DNA from: Octopus sinensis
Lineage: Eukaryota
Direction: 5' to 3'
Assembly (NCBI RefSeq): GCF_006345805.1
Contig: NW_021834652.1
Coordinates: 1-46,857 of the forward strand
DNA length: 46,857 bases
Below are positions 1-10,189 of this stretch, piece after piece (within the stretch, counting starts at the first letter, position 1; each line of letters begins with the position of its first letter). The position numbers were made by a program, and so were the translations under genes. Below the pieces are notes generated by a model, which was not told the DNA's origin, ran no database searches, and was given only the letters and a program-made list of their open reading frames with translations.

Positions 1-261
1 TGCTGTCCTGGTGTCCGTATGCATTCGATCCTTCTTCCAGGAAATCTACGCTCCCAGCTTAGTTTTTTCTCTAATGCTCGTTGCTTAGTTTTTCTTGGAG
101 GGCTGGCCGTGATCTAGTAATCTCAAGATTGATCAGTCCGAAATTACTACGATGATCCGGTTCTTGACTGAAGACTGAGGGTTTCGAATGTCCTGTCCGT
201 GTTTATTGTATCGTCTTCTAAGAGTTATACGTTTCTGTCCATGTTGTATTTTTCTACATAC

Positions 262-288
262 CTTAATATATATATATATATATATATA

Positions 289-331
<43 letters not shown>
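262..331. repeat. (TA)n microsatellite
   Basis: Direct TA dinucleotide run. Confidence 0.95.
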
Positions 332-332
<1 letters not shown>

Positions 333-344
333 AAGATATGTATG

Positions 345-480
345 TATGTATAGTAGTGAAATTTACAGAAAAACAAAAGACGAAGACGGGTGTATAAACA
401 TCAAGCAGGTGTATTAGTTTAACGCTCGGAAGGTGAGCAAGTCTTTTATGTTTCGAGCCTACGCTCTTGAACAGAGAGGA
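345..480 (-). mobile_element. Dispersed repeat with degenerate hammerhead-like motif (Penelope pLTR-like), copy 1
   Basis: Minus strand reads ctgttca-a-gagc-gtag-gctc-gaaac-ata-aaagac then gagcg..actaataca..cttcgtcttttgttt, matching the copies at 22138 and 38676; followed by a TA tract. Confidence 0.7.
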
Positions 481-524
481 ACACGATGAAATAAACAGAA
501 AGAGAGATCCAAGACTCATAATTC

Positions 525-895
525 CGGACTAAGTGCTTACTTGCGTTTCGTCCATCTTTATGTTTTGAGTTCAGATTCCACTGAAGTCGACTTTGCCTTT
601 CATACTTCCGGGGTCAATAAATTAAGTAAAAGTAAAACACTGGGGTCAATTTATCAACTAGTCTCTCCACCATCAAATTTCAAAAAAGGCAGCGAGCGGG
701 CAAAATCGTTAGCTTAGCTGCATTTCGCATGTCTTAATGTTCTGAGCTCAAATACCGCCGAGGTCATCTTTGACTTTCATCCTTCTGGGGTCGATAAAAT
801 AAGTACCAGTGTAGTACTGGGGTCGATGTAATCTACTTACCGTCTCTCCAAAACTGCTGGCGTTGTGCAAAAATTTGAAATCAATATTTTTGAAT
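525..895 (+). mobile_element. Two degenerate SINE family A copies
   Basis: gagttcagattcc / gagctcaaatacc B-box region, gtcgactttgcctttcat and ggggtcgataaaataagtacc core. Confidence 0.75.
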
Positions 896-940
896 AAGGT
901 TGGGAAAAAAAGAATCATGTTGCAATAATGTTGAACAATG

Positions 941-942
941 CA

Positions 943-986
<44 letters not shown>

Positions 987-1040
987 CGCACATGCACATG
1001 CACACACACACACACACACACACACACCATACACTCACAC
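941..1040. repeat. (CA)n microsatellite
   Basis: Direct repeat run. Confidence 0.95.
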
Positions 1041-1044
1041 ATCT

Positions 1045-1400
1045 TCGACACTCTGTCGGTTAGGATGACGAGAGACCCAGTTGATCCGATCAACAGAACA
1101 GCTCTCCACAGAAGCGTGTACCCTTAACATAGTTCTCAGGGAGATACAAACATGACACAGAGTGTTACAAGGCTGGCCCTTTGAAATACAGGTATAACAG
1201 AAACAAGAAGAAAGACTGAGAGAAAGTTGTAGTGAAAGAGTACGGCAGGGTTCACCACCAGCTTCTGCCGGAGTCTCGTGGAGCATTAGGCGTTTTCGCT
1301 GAACAAACACTCACAAAATCCGTTCTGGGAATCAAAACTGCGAAACCCCAATCCTACGACCGCGTGTCCGCTGCCCTAACCACCGGGCCCTTGCGCCTCC
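1045..1400 (-). mobile_element. SINE family B, diverged copy
   Basis: Reverse complement of the copy at 13136-13519 (ccctaaccac, tgaaagagtac, gttgatccgatcaac). Confidence 0.85.
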
Positions 1401-1403
1401 ACT

Positions 1404-1436
<33 letters not shown>

Positions 1437-1829
1437 GTGTTAGAATATAATACTAAATATTTTATGTTACTTCAAGACACAGAAAACTACGTATATACAT
1501 ATGTATAGACAGGCACACAACACATAATTGCATACTAGCATACATACATGCATAAATACATACATAACATACGAACATGCATATATCCATTAACATACGC
1601 AAATTCGTAGACATAAACATATAAGTGTGTGTGTGGTGTGTGTGTGTGCTAATATGATGAGGGGTAGATGAAGATTCCCAGCTGGGAAGATTCTTGGCAT
1701 GTCTTTAGGTAAACAGCCTCTGTCTCATCATCGGCGTGAATCTCCGTCCGACTCTATAATATTTAACTCTCTCAGGTCCAATGCCTTAATGTCAGCACAG
1801 TAATTGCTAACGAGCATGCGCGCAGTTAT

Positions 1830-2185
1830 ACATACATACATATATGTATATATGTACATATATATATAATATATATATATATATATACATATATACTTAT
1901 ATATATATATACTTACATATATATGTGTATGTACGTATACATTTATATATAGGTAAACATATATATATGCATATGAATATAAATGTGTATATATATTATA
2001 TATATATAGTATATAAATAATATACATACATATACAATATATATATTATATATATATATAATATGCATATAATAATATAATATATATATCTATACATATA
2101 TATCATAATATATACAAATGTATATATAGATATATATACATATATATATTATATATATATATATATATGATATATATATATAAAA
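1830..2185. repeat. Degenerate (TA)n tract
   Basis: Direct. Confidence 0.9.
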
Positions 2186-2241
2186 CATTATTGGTGAATT
2201 GAAGAAATGGAGCTGAACGCAGATTGAACAGAATCGTTTTA

Positions 2242-2328
2242 TTTCATTCTACCCGTGTTTCGAAGGCACAATTACCAAAATCCGATTGAATAATGGGACC
2301 ATATTGTGTCTTTCTCTTCAGGAAGAAA
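2242..2328 (-). ncRNA. Type I hammerhead ribozyme motif (left arm, minus strand)
   Basis: Mirror of the plus-strand copy: CUGAAGA (2321-2315), stem II with one base fewer, GAAAC-ACGG-GUA; predicted cut between 2250 and 2249. Confidence 0.7.
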
Positions 2329-2502
2329 AAAGGAAATCCGTTGGAAAAACAAAAACAGAACAGAGGCGGAGCAAAAAACAAATCGAACTGTGCTCCTAAG
2401 AGCCCATGGCGAAACAGTTTCGCCATGGGCTCTTAGGAGCACAGTTCGATTTGTTTTTTGCTCCGCCTCTGTTCTGTTTTTGTTTTTCCAACGTATTCCT
2501 TT

Positions 2503-2590
2503 TTTCTTCCTGAAGAGAAAGACACAATATGGTCCCTTATTCAATCGGATTTTGGTAATTTGTGCCTTTCGAAACACGTGTAGAATGAAA
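2503..2590 (+). ncRNA. Type I hammerhead ribozyme motif (right arm, plus strand)
   Basis: Stem I tttcttc(2503-2509)/gaa-t-gaaa(2583-2590); CUGAAGA 2510-2516; stem II gaaagacaca(2517-2526)/tgtgcctttc(2561-2570); GAAAC 2571-2575; ACGU loop; GUA 2580-2582. Confidence 0.8.
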
Positions 2591-2795
2591 TAAAACGATT
2601 TCTGTTCAATCTGCGTTCAGCTCCATTTCTTCAATTCACCATATATATTTTAATTCAATTATCCGCACCAACGCACGTTGCAACGCCAGATGGTTGTACC
2701 TCCAACCGTGCTGTTTACTGCTGTGATTTTTGCTACTAAGGTATCGGTTAAACTGTTGATTAATCTACTACAAGATTATTCATCTTTCTATTTCA

Positions 2796-2796
2796 C

Positions 2797-2856
<60 letters not shown>
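2796..2856. repeat. (TA)n microsatellite
   Basis: Direct. Confidence 0.95.
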
Positions 2857-2857
<1 letters not shown>

Positions 2858-3023
2858 GTGCATATACATACACAAACACACACACACAATATATGTTTAT
2901 ATTTATACCTAGGCATCTTTATATCTTTGCTTGCAAAAACCCTAATTCTGAAGGTTAAGTATAATTTTACATACCCCATGAGTATATACATGGCTGAGGT
3001 ATATCCTGCTCTCATATATATAT

Positions 3024-3055
<32 letters not shown>

Positions 3056-3214
3056 CACATTGTTGAAGCATATTTTCTGCTGGTATTTCTCTGTCTACAA
3101 AATCCCTTCAAAATATACAAAATTATATCCCTTATGGTTGGAATAATAAATATGGTTTTCTCCTCCGCCATTTTTTCATTCTTAATTATGCCCACATGCA
3201 GATACACATGTTGG

Positions 3215-3445
3215 TGTGTAATTGTGCGTGTGTGTGTGTGTGTGTGTTCATGCAGCCGCGTGTGTATTTGAACGCATGTTCGCGCACGTTTATGAATGTG
3301 CTTGCATGTGTGTGTGTGTGTGTGTGGTGTGGTAGGTTATCAGAGTGTTTTTGTTGTTTATTTAGTGGGTGTGTTTGTTGATGTTTGAGGTAGTGGTTTG
3401 ATACGAACGTGTGTCAGTGTGGTTGTACGTTGGTGATTTAGAATA

Positions 3446-3476
<31 letters not shown>

Positions 3477-3910
3477 AGTGTGTGTGTGTGTTTGTGTTAA
3501 CGATTTGGATGTGTGTGTGTATGTGTGACGTTGTTTTGGTGTGTCTCTGTATGCTGTTGTCTTGGTTTATGTGTATATTTGTCGGAATGTGTATGTGTGT
3601 GTATTTGCGTGTGTGCATGTTTGTGCATGTGTGTGCATGTGCGCGCGTGTGTGTGTCTGTGTGTTTGTTTTTGTTAACGATTTGGGGTGTGTGATATTTT
3701 GGTGTGTCTCTGTATGCTAGTAGTTTGGTTGGTGCGTATATTTGTCGGACTGTGTATGTGTGTGTGTGTGAATGTGTGTGCATGTGTGTATGTGTGGTGT
3801 GCGTGTGTTAACGATTTTCGGTGTGTGTGCGTGTTGTTGTATTGGTGTGTCTGTATGCTAGTGTCTTGATTTGCATGTGTATTTGTCGAAATGTGTGTGT
3901 GTGTGTGTTG
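3215..3910. repeat. Degenerate (TG)n tract containing three ~150-bp higher-order units
   Basis: gttaacgattt...gtgtctctgtatgct...tatttgtcgga recurs near 3495, 3673 and 3806. Confidence 0.85.
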
Positions 3911-4699
3911 GTGCTCGATATATCTACGTTTGTTTCGAACAGTAATGTTACGGGAGCCAAAAGAGGTAGTCGACATCTCCGATCCAGCTAATCTCTTTCA
4001 AATCTGGTGAGGTCAGTACGGCCAATATTCAGTTTTACAAATTGTCCGTTGTTGAGTGAAGAATACATTGGTTAAGTACTAGAATCGAAAGAGCATCGAA
4101 CAAAATTAACTGTGATATATATTATCTGGCTGCTTACTTTTAGAATTCAAATCGTGATGGATTCACCTTCGTCTTTCACAACTCCTAGGTTATTAAAGGT
4201 TATTAAGATAAAATGCTACTTGGTTTGGGGCGGATTTTTGGAATTGTTTTAAGGTCCTTAACCATTTTGTTCCGTTACACTACTTAGTTATGTACCAAAA
4301 TCACCGCTGAACCCCGTTTGTGTGCCACGCCTTTCCTGTCCTCGCCAAATTCTCTGGCACTCCATTCATATCTGAACCGTAAATTGTGTCATAGTAAAAT
4401 GTAAGAATAAAAAGTTAAATTTCTTTTATGTTCGTAAATAAATGATATTTATTACAACCATTTAAATTATATTACATTACTTCAGCTGAAATCTTGATAA
4501 AGAATTTAAAGCGTATTATTGACACATTTTCTGGGAAGTGTGTCCCTGATGCTTTTGACAAATTCCAGCAATCCGGGGCCAAATACCCGACACTCAATTC
4601 CCAAATATTCCTTGGTGCTTTATTTTTGCCATAAGTGTATGTCTTTTTTTTTCCATTTCTGTTTGTTTCTATATATTTGTTTCATATTTGTTATTTTAA

Positions 4700-4770
4700 A
4701 TGTATGTGTGTGTGTGTGTATGTATATATATATATATATATTATATATATATATGAATGTATACACACAC

Positions 4771-4823
<53 letters not shown>

Positions 4824-4835
4824 TATATATATACA
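4700..4835. repeat. Compound (TG)/(TA)/(CA) microsatellite
   Basis: Direct. Confidence 0.9.
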
Positions 4836-5647
4836 TAAAGCCTAAAATCCGTGTTCACACTGGCAGGATATCAGGGACAAACTTCCAGAAAATGTATATA
4901 TATATTGAGCTGAGAATCCGTGTTCACACCGGCAGGATATTGGGAACTGAAGCAAAACCACAAATGTTTTCTTTCCCTCTTGTCTGATGATAATCTGGGC
5001 ACTGTCGAGGGAGCAAACCTTCGAGAGTAATTCTGCAGGGCGGGGTGAGATAGCTTTTGTATCCACTCGTCGGGGAGGGGGGTACTACACATCAAATATT
5101 TATGGTATTTTTTCTTGCATTCCCAGGTCCTATCCTAGATCTCCAGTTCCCTCCTGAAATTCTTCGCATCCGTTTTTGAATTTTACTCTCTCCCCTAGAA
5201 TCTCCGGATCTCTCCTTTAATCTCCTCGACTCTCCTCTGATCTCCAGATCCTTCCGTGGATCTCTGGGTCCCACTTCAAATGTGTAGATTCCTCCCCAAT
5301 CTCCGAGTTCCTGTTTAAGTTTCAAAATCTCTCTGTTGATTAATCGGTGCCTTCTCGAATCTCTGGATCCCTTTGATCTCTGGCTTATCCTTGACTCTCG
5401 GGAGCCCAGATCAACATACAAACGAATCCTCTCTGTCATAAACCCTGCGAGTGAAATTTCTTTAAACTTCATTTTTTAGTGTTGCGATTAGTCTTCGTAT
5501 CCTCAAGTGCTTCAGGTCTTTTTAAGTTCGAAGTCTTTCATGGCCATGTTTATGTACAGAAAACTCAACTTCATTGCAATCCAGGAAATGAACAATTCAT
5601 CCAGTTTAGATATTATTTCAACAGAATTACCATATTTTTCCCCGGTC

Positions 5648-5699
5648 AGAAGAAGAAGAAGAAGAAGGAGGAGGAGGAGGAGGAGGAGGAGGAGCAGAA

Positions 5700-5747
<48 letters not shown>

Positions 5748-5762
5748 GAAGAAGAAGAAGAG
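5648..5762. repeat. Compound trinucleotide repeat (GAA)(GGA)(AAT)(GAA)
   Basis: Direct. Confidence 0.95.
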
Positions 5763-6484
5763 AATGTCAGCCGATGTCTTTAGAATAAAATTAAAAATTC
5801 TCTTTGTTTAATTTCTGTGCCTTTTCCAAAGCAGTTAACATCGAGCGAAAGATAAGATTAAAAATAATTATTTCTCCACTAGGAACAAGGCTTTAATATA
5901 CGAACAATAATAGAGACTGGCATCCCTAAAATTTATATTGAGTTGAAGAAATAATAGACCGAGAGCAAGTCCTGATTTGATTAGACTTGAAGCTCCAAAA
6001 CACATGTGTAGAAATGGTCCTAATACCATGAGACGGGATTCTTAAGTATGCTTAGGAATGGATTAATTAATTATGAGATAATCAACTTGCGTAAATAACT
6101 AATTTAATCAGACTTTAAGCTCCAGTAATGAATCACATTGAATATTATGCCTTAGACACAAGTAATACTTAAATGAAAACTTAAGAAAAAAAAAACGGGT
6201 ATGGAAAAAAATAATTAAGAAGTTTTAATAAGACACGTAATTAGGAATTAATTAGACTTTCTGCTCCAGCGTCAATTACTTCGCAGAAATGTTCACTAAA
6301 CCCAACTGAATCTATTCATGTCACTTAAGAACCATTTTAGGCATGGATTTCTAATTTAAGAAGCATTTTCTACTAATCACTATATACTAATTAAGGAGAA
6401 ATATACAGAAACAGTGTTTTCAAGCTACGTGATGAATGCAACATACAAACGTGTCTTAGACCCAAAACGTGTTTTCACAAGGTG

Positions 6485-6898
6485 CCAAATACGGCAAGGC
6501 AGGTGCCAAACAGATCTCGAGCTGATCTACCATCCATACACTGCTGAGGAGAGTGCAGGTCCGGTGGGCAGGCCACGTTGTTCGAATGCTTGGAACGCGA
6601 CTCCCCAAGAGATTCTCTTACAGCGAACTGGCGAGCACGAGCAAGGTGGACGGAAAAAACGTGCCAAGGACACACTCAAAGCATCGTTGAAGAAGTAAAA
6701 AGAAATCCTGGAGCACAAGGAAATCACGAACCGCTGATATCCGGAATCAACTCCTTCCCTTCAGTCCCAAAAACCATCAGTGTCTGACTTCCAGCAGAGC
6801 CTTCCGAGCTGGCATCGGACTGACCGGCCACAACCAGACACACCATCTTCTTCTACCATGTGACATTCTTGGTCATCGTCGACAACGACGGACGAACT
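6485..6898 (+). mobile_element. 3' fragment of an RTE-clade LINE (decayed ORF C-terminus plus 3' tail)
   Basis: Frameshifted translation RADLPSIH-LLRRVQVRWAGHVVRMLGTRLPKRFSYSEL / GGRKKRAKDTLKASLKK / FRAGIGLTGHNQTH matches the RTE C-terminal pattern; ends tggtcatcgtcgacaacgacggacgaac. Confidence 0.9.
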
Positions 6899-7086
6899 AA
6901 TATATCTAATTAATATTGATTTCAAATTTTGGTATAAGGCCAGCAAATCCGGAGGTGGGGGGAATAAATCGATTACATCGATCTCAGTGTTTAACTGGAA
7001 TTATCGGCCACTCTGACGGATAAAAGTTCTTTAATTCATGGGTTAAGACTACCATTAGTTTCATGTTAACAGAAATCCCTCAACAA

Positions 7087-7320
7087 AAGGCGGCAAGCTG
7101 GCAGAAACGTTAGCACGCCGGGCGAGATGCTTACCGGTATTTCATCTGCCCTTACGTTCTGAGTTCAAATTCTGCCGAGGTCGACTTTGCTTTTCATCAT
7201 TTCGGGGTCGATAAATTAAGCACCAGTTACGCACTGGGGTCGATATAATCGACTTAATCCCTTTGTCTGTCCTTGTTTATCCCCTCTATGTTTAGCCCCT
7301 TGTGGTCAATAAAGAAATAA
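7087..7320 (+). mobile_element. SINE family A, full length, with 16-bp target-site duplication
   Basis: A-box-like tggcagaaacgttag, B-box gagttcaaattc; agaaatccctcaacaa at 7071-7086 and 7320-7335. Confidence 0.92.
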
Positions 7321-7339
7321 GAAATCCCTCAACAAGTCT

Positions 7340-7420
7340 TTCACGGCGGGATTTGAACTCAGAACGTAAAGACGGGCGAAATACCCGGCGTGCTAACGAT
7401 TCTGCCAGCTTAGCGCCTTC
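7340..7420 (-). mobile_element. SINE family A 5' fragment
   Basis: gaatttgaactcagaacgt...gctaacgattctgccagct-type reverse complement of the head. Confidence 0.8.
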
Positions 7421-8019
7421 TATTAACTAAATAATGCTGAACATTTTAAAAACACGAATTTCTGGGCCGGTTTCTCAATTTGCTGGGTTAACGAGGTTTC
7501 ACCTGGAGAATAACTTGGTGTTATAAATTGAAGCTAAAGAATACGTAGAACTGTCGGGGCTGGATGAAAGACTTTGGTGGAATTATTCCTGCTGATAATG
7601 GCAACCAGAGTAAGAGGAAGTGGTCGTGCTAATTAGATAATAAATGAGCAAAACAAACCTTTCCTGCACCACCTACGACTGCTGTTGTGTATGACCTAGT
7701 GAGAGGCGGAAAGGCAACACCCATGAATCTTCTCAGGGCTTCCGAGTCACGTGACAGTGGAGAAAGAGAGGAAGGAACCGTGACGTGTGTATGAATGGTT
7801 GTTACTATCATTAGATCGGAGACGGTAGTGGAGGTGGGGGATGATTACAACAGGGATTAGGAGAAGTAATGGTGCCGGCGGTGGTAGGTTTTTAGAACGG
7901 GGTCGGGGGATGGATTAAGCTTCAATCACTATTGATTCTACGCGTCGTATGAAAAAAAATCGATAATCGTCAGATCAACAAGTAAAAGTTAATCTGTATC
8001 TGTAGAATAAATATTTCCC

Positions 8020-8160
8020 AACCATATGGATCCTGGTTCAGTCCCGCTGCACGCCCCCTGGACAAGAGTTTTCCGCTATAGCTTCGGGTCACAAAAGCCT
8101 TATGAAGGGATCTGGTAAACTAAAAGAAGTCTTTCGTATATATTAACACACACACACACA
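8020..8160 (+). mobile_element. SINE family D 5' fragment
   Basis: ggttcagtcccgctgc...ggatctggtaaactaaaagaagtc...gtatatat. Confidence 0.65.
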
Positions 8161-8426
8161 CGTATATATATTTAAAATAATAATTGTGAAAAATTGAATA
8201 TTAACTTGATTAATATCAATTTAAAACCAGTATTCTAGCATATTTAAAACTCTGAAGTTGCAGAAAAATTATATTACATACATATAAGAGAGATAACCAC
8301 TAAGTAGACATCCATTATGCTAGAAGAAGATCCGCTATGGTCTAACCACTAAGAAAGGAATGTTCTCAAGAAAAAGTTAGCAAACGCCAGAACGTAAGTG
8401 AGCAAGGCTAATGAAAAGATACAAAA

Positions 8427-8817
8427 TCTCTGTATATATAAAGCTGAAGTTGTCTGTGTATGGCAGGTTTGGTAGCTTTCAAGTAACACTATCTCCTCCG
8501 AGACCCTGCGGCGCAAATTGACCAAAATTGAGAGTCTGATAGAAGAAGGCTTGCTCTTCATTCCGTAGAAGAAAAAAATTCAAATCTGACCATGTTAAAG
8601 CCAAAAATTATTTACATCAAATGGTGCTTTTTTCTATGAAAATCCCTATTTTTTACGGTTCTTTGACTGCTGTGTAGTCATTTTTCGGTGTATTTCAACC
8701 AGAAAAATGTTCACTTAAAGAGAATAACAAGCTACATAATGCAAAATTTTAACTTTTCAAAAATTCTAATTCTAAAGGGTCGAAACAAACCCGAGCAACG
8801 CCGGGTGATATTGCTAG
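8427..8817 (+). mobile_element. Short non-autonomous Helitron
   Basis: Starts TC after A (aaaa|tctctgtatatataaag), ends CTAG|T at 8814-8818, with subterminal hairpin acccg-agcaacgc-cgggt (8789-8806); no TSD. Confidence 0.75.
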
Positions 8818-8834
8818 TATAGATTAATCACAAA

Positions 8835-8960
8835 CCAGGTTTCGTTGTCGATGTTTACGTAATCCTTTACGCAATCATCCGCAGACTAAAATTCTTCAAG
8901 CTGGTGCCCCAGCATGGCCGCAATCTAATGACTGAAATTAGTTCGTATAACAAAAAACAA
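8835..8960 (+). mobile_element. SINE family D-type 3' fragment
   Basis: gactaaaattcttcaagctggtgccccagcatggccgcaatctaatgactgaaa. Confidence 0.7.
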
Positions 8961-9454
8961 AAATAAGGAAAAACTAAAGGAAAAAACCTCAACCGAATAT
9001 GATACAGTTGCACCGACGGCGACGATGACTCATACAACGTTATGCCGTTTCAACGTCTGAAGTTTCAGCCATTATGCTTATTGCATTGCGTCATTAAAGA
9101 CTTTTAAGATGGACGCTCTCTGTCTGTCTTTTTCTTTATTTTAGCTAGATACCATATATATAAAAAAACACCCTTATCTTATTGCATTGCTTTGAAACAA
9201 GTCTTTGCTGACACATGTAATAAGATGCGTACCTCCCAAATCAACTCCTTCCTGTCAATACTAATAGTTCCATTATTTTTCTCCTCTCTGTTTTATCATA
9301 AAACTCTTTTTGGGTCACCATAACATTCCGTTTTAATGTAAGACATATTACGTCAGCCGCTTGATCCAGAATATTCTTCTGGTTTCTCTGCCGCTTCTTT
9401 GTCACTGCTGTAGTGACCATTGTTACTTTTCTTTTAATGCTAATTCTATCGAGA

Positions 9455-9812
9455 CAGGAGAATCTTTAGAGCCTCGGACAAAGTCCTTCGCAACATTTCT
9501 TCTGGCGCTTTACCTTTTCAGTTCAAATTCTGCCGGGATCGACATTGCCTTTCATTTCTTTTGCGGGTTAATAAAATTAAGTTTGTCTCTCCTTGTTTGT
9601 CCCCTCTTCGTTTAGCCCCTTGTGGGTAGTAAAGAAATAAGTATTTCGTCTGCTGTTACGTTCTGAGTTCAAATTATGCCGAGGTCGACTTTGCCTTTCA
9701 TCCTTTCGAGGTTGATTAAATAAGTACCAGTTACGCACTGGGGTCGATGTAATCGACTTAATCCGTTTGTCTGTCCTTGTCTATGTTAGCCCCTTGTGGG
9801 CGATAAAGAAAC
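9455..9812 (+). mobile_element. SINE family A head-to-tail dimer
   Basis: First unit ends aaagaaataag and is fused to tatttcgtctgctgttacgttctgagttc of a second unit. Confidence 0.8.
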
Positions 9813-9814
9813 AG

Positions 9815-9965
9815 TCGATTAGCAGCTGGTACTTAATTAATCGACCCTGAAAGGATAAAAGGAAATGGTGACCTCGGCAGAGTTTGAACTCAGAACATAA
9901 AGACGGACGAAATAGCGCTAAGCATTTCGCCCGGGGTGCTAACGTTTCTGCCAGCTCGCCGCTTT
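9815..9965 (-). mobile_element. SINE family A 5' part
   Basis: ggtacttaatt..cgacc..gaaaggat...gtttctgccagctcgccgc. Confidence 0.85.
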
Positions 9966-10035
9966 AGGAAATAGAGTTAAATATTATTCCATACTTTCCA
10001 TGTCTATGCTTTTCATTAGGCCACAGCCATATTTC

Positions 10036-10039
<4 letters not shown>

Positions 10040-10102
<63 letters not shown>
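10040..10102. repeat. (TG)n microsatellite
   Basis: Direct. Confidence 0.95.
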
Positions 10103-10106
<4 letters not shown>

Positions 10107-10189
10107 AAGGAAACGTGACATTATGAGGTGGAATCAATGTTACTGAAATGATAGGAACACGAAGAGTACAATCCAATTTCCAAGAAGAC

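Larger units (their letters stand above)
2192..2641. repeat. ~450-bp near-perfect palindrome (two ~225-bp inverted arms, axis at 2416)
   Basis: tggtgaattgaagaaatggagctgaacgcag at 2192 mirrors ctgcgttcagctccatttcttcaattcacca ending 2641; centre gcgaaac-a-gtttcgc; only a few substitutions/indels between arms. Confidence 0.97.

Noticed and set aside
160-225. CTGAAGA (plus) and GAAAC-CCTCA-GTC (minus) as hammerhead parts
   Set aside because: The two halves are on opposite strands and no consistent stem I or II forms.
2858-3271. Hydrophobic ORF with MAEVYPA, reminiscent of SLC22/MFS motifs
   Set aside because: Interrupted by a TA microsatellite and motif spacing does not fit.
3490-4940. Repeat-spacer patterns (3490-3900, 4846-4940) as CRISPR-like arrays
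   Set aside because: Animal genomic context, only 2-3 degenerate repeats, low-complexity spacers and no cas genes.
4984-5040. CTGATGA at 4984; also CTGACGA at ~15434, CTGAAGA at ~14292 and ~20125
   Set aside because: None is followed by a stem II and GAAA-stem III-NUH arrangement.
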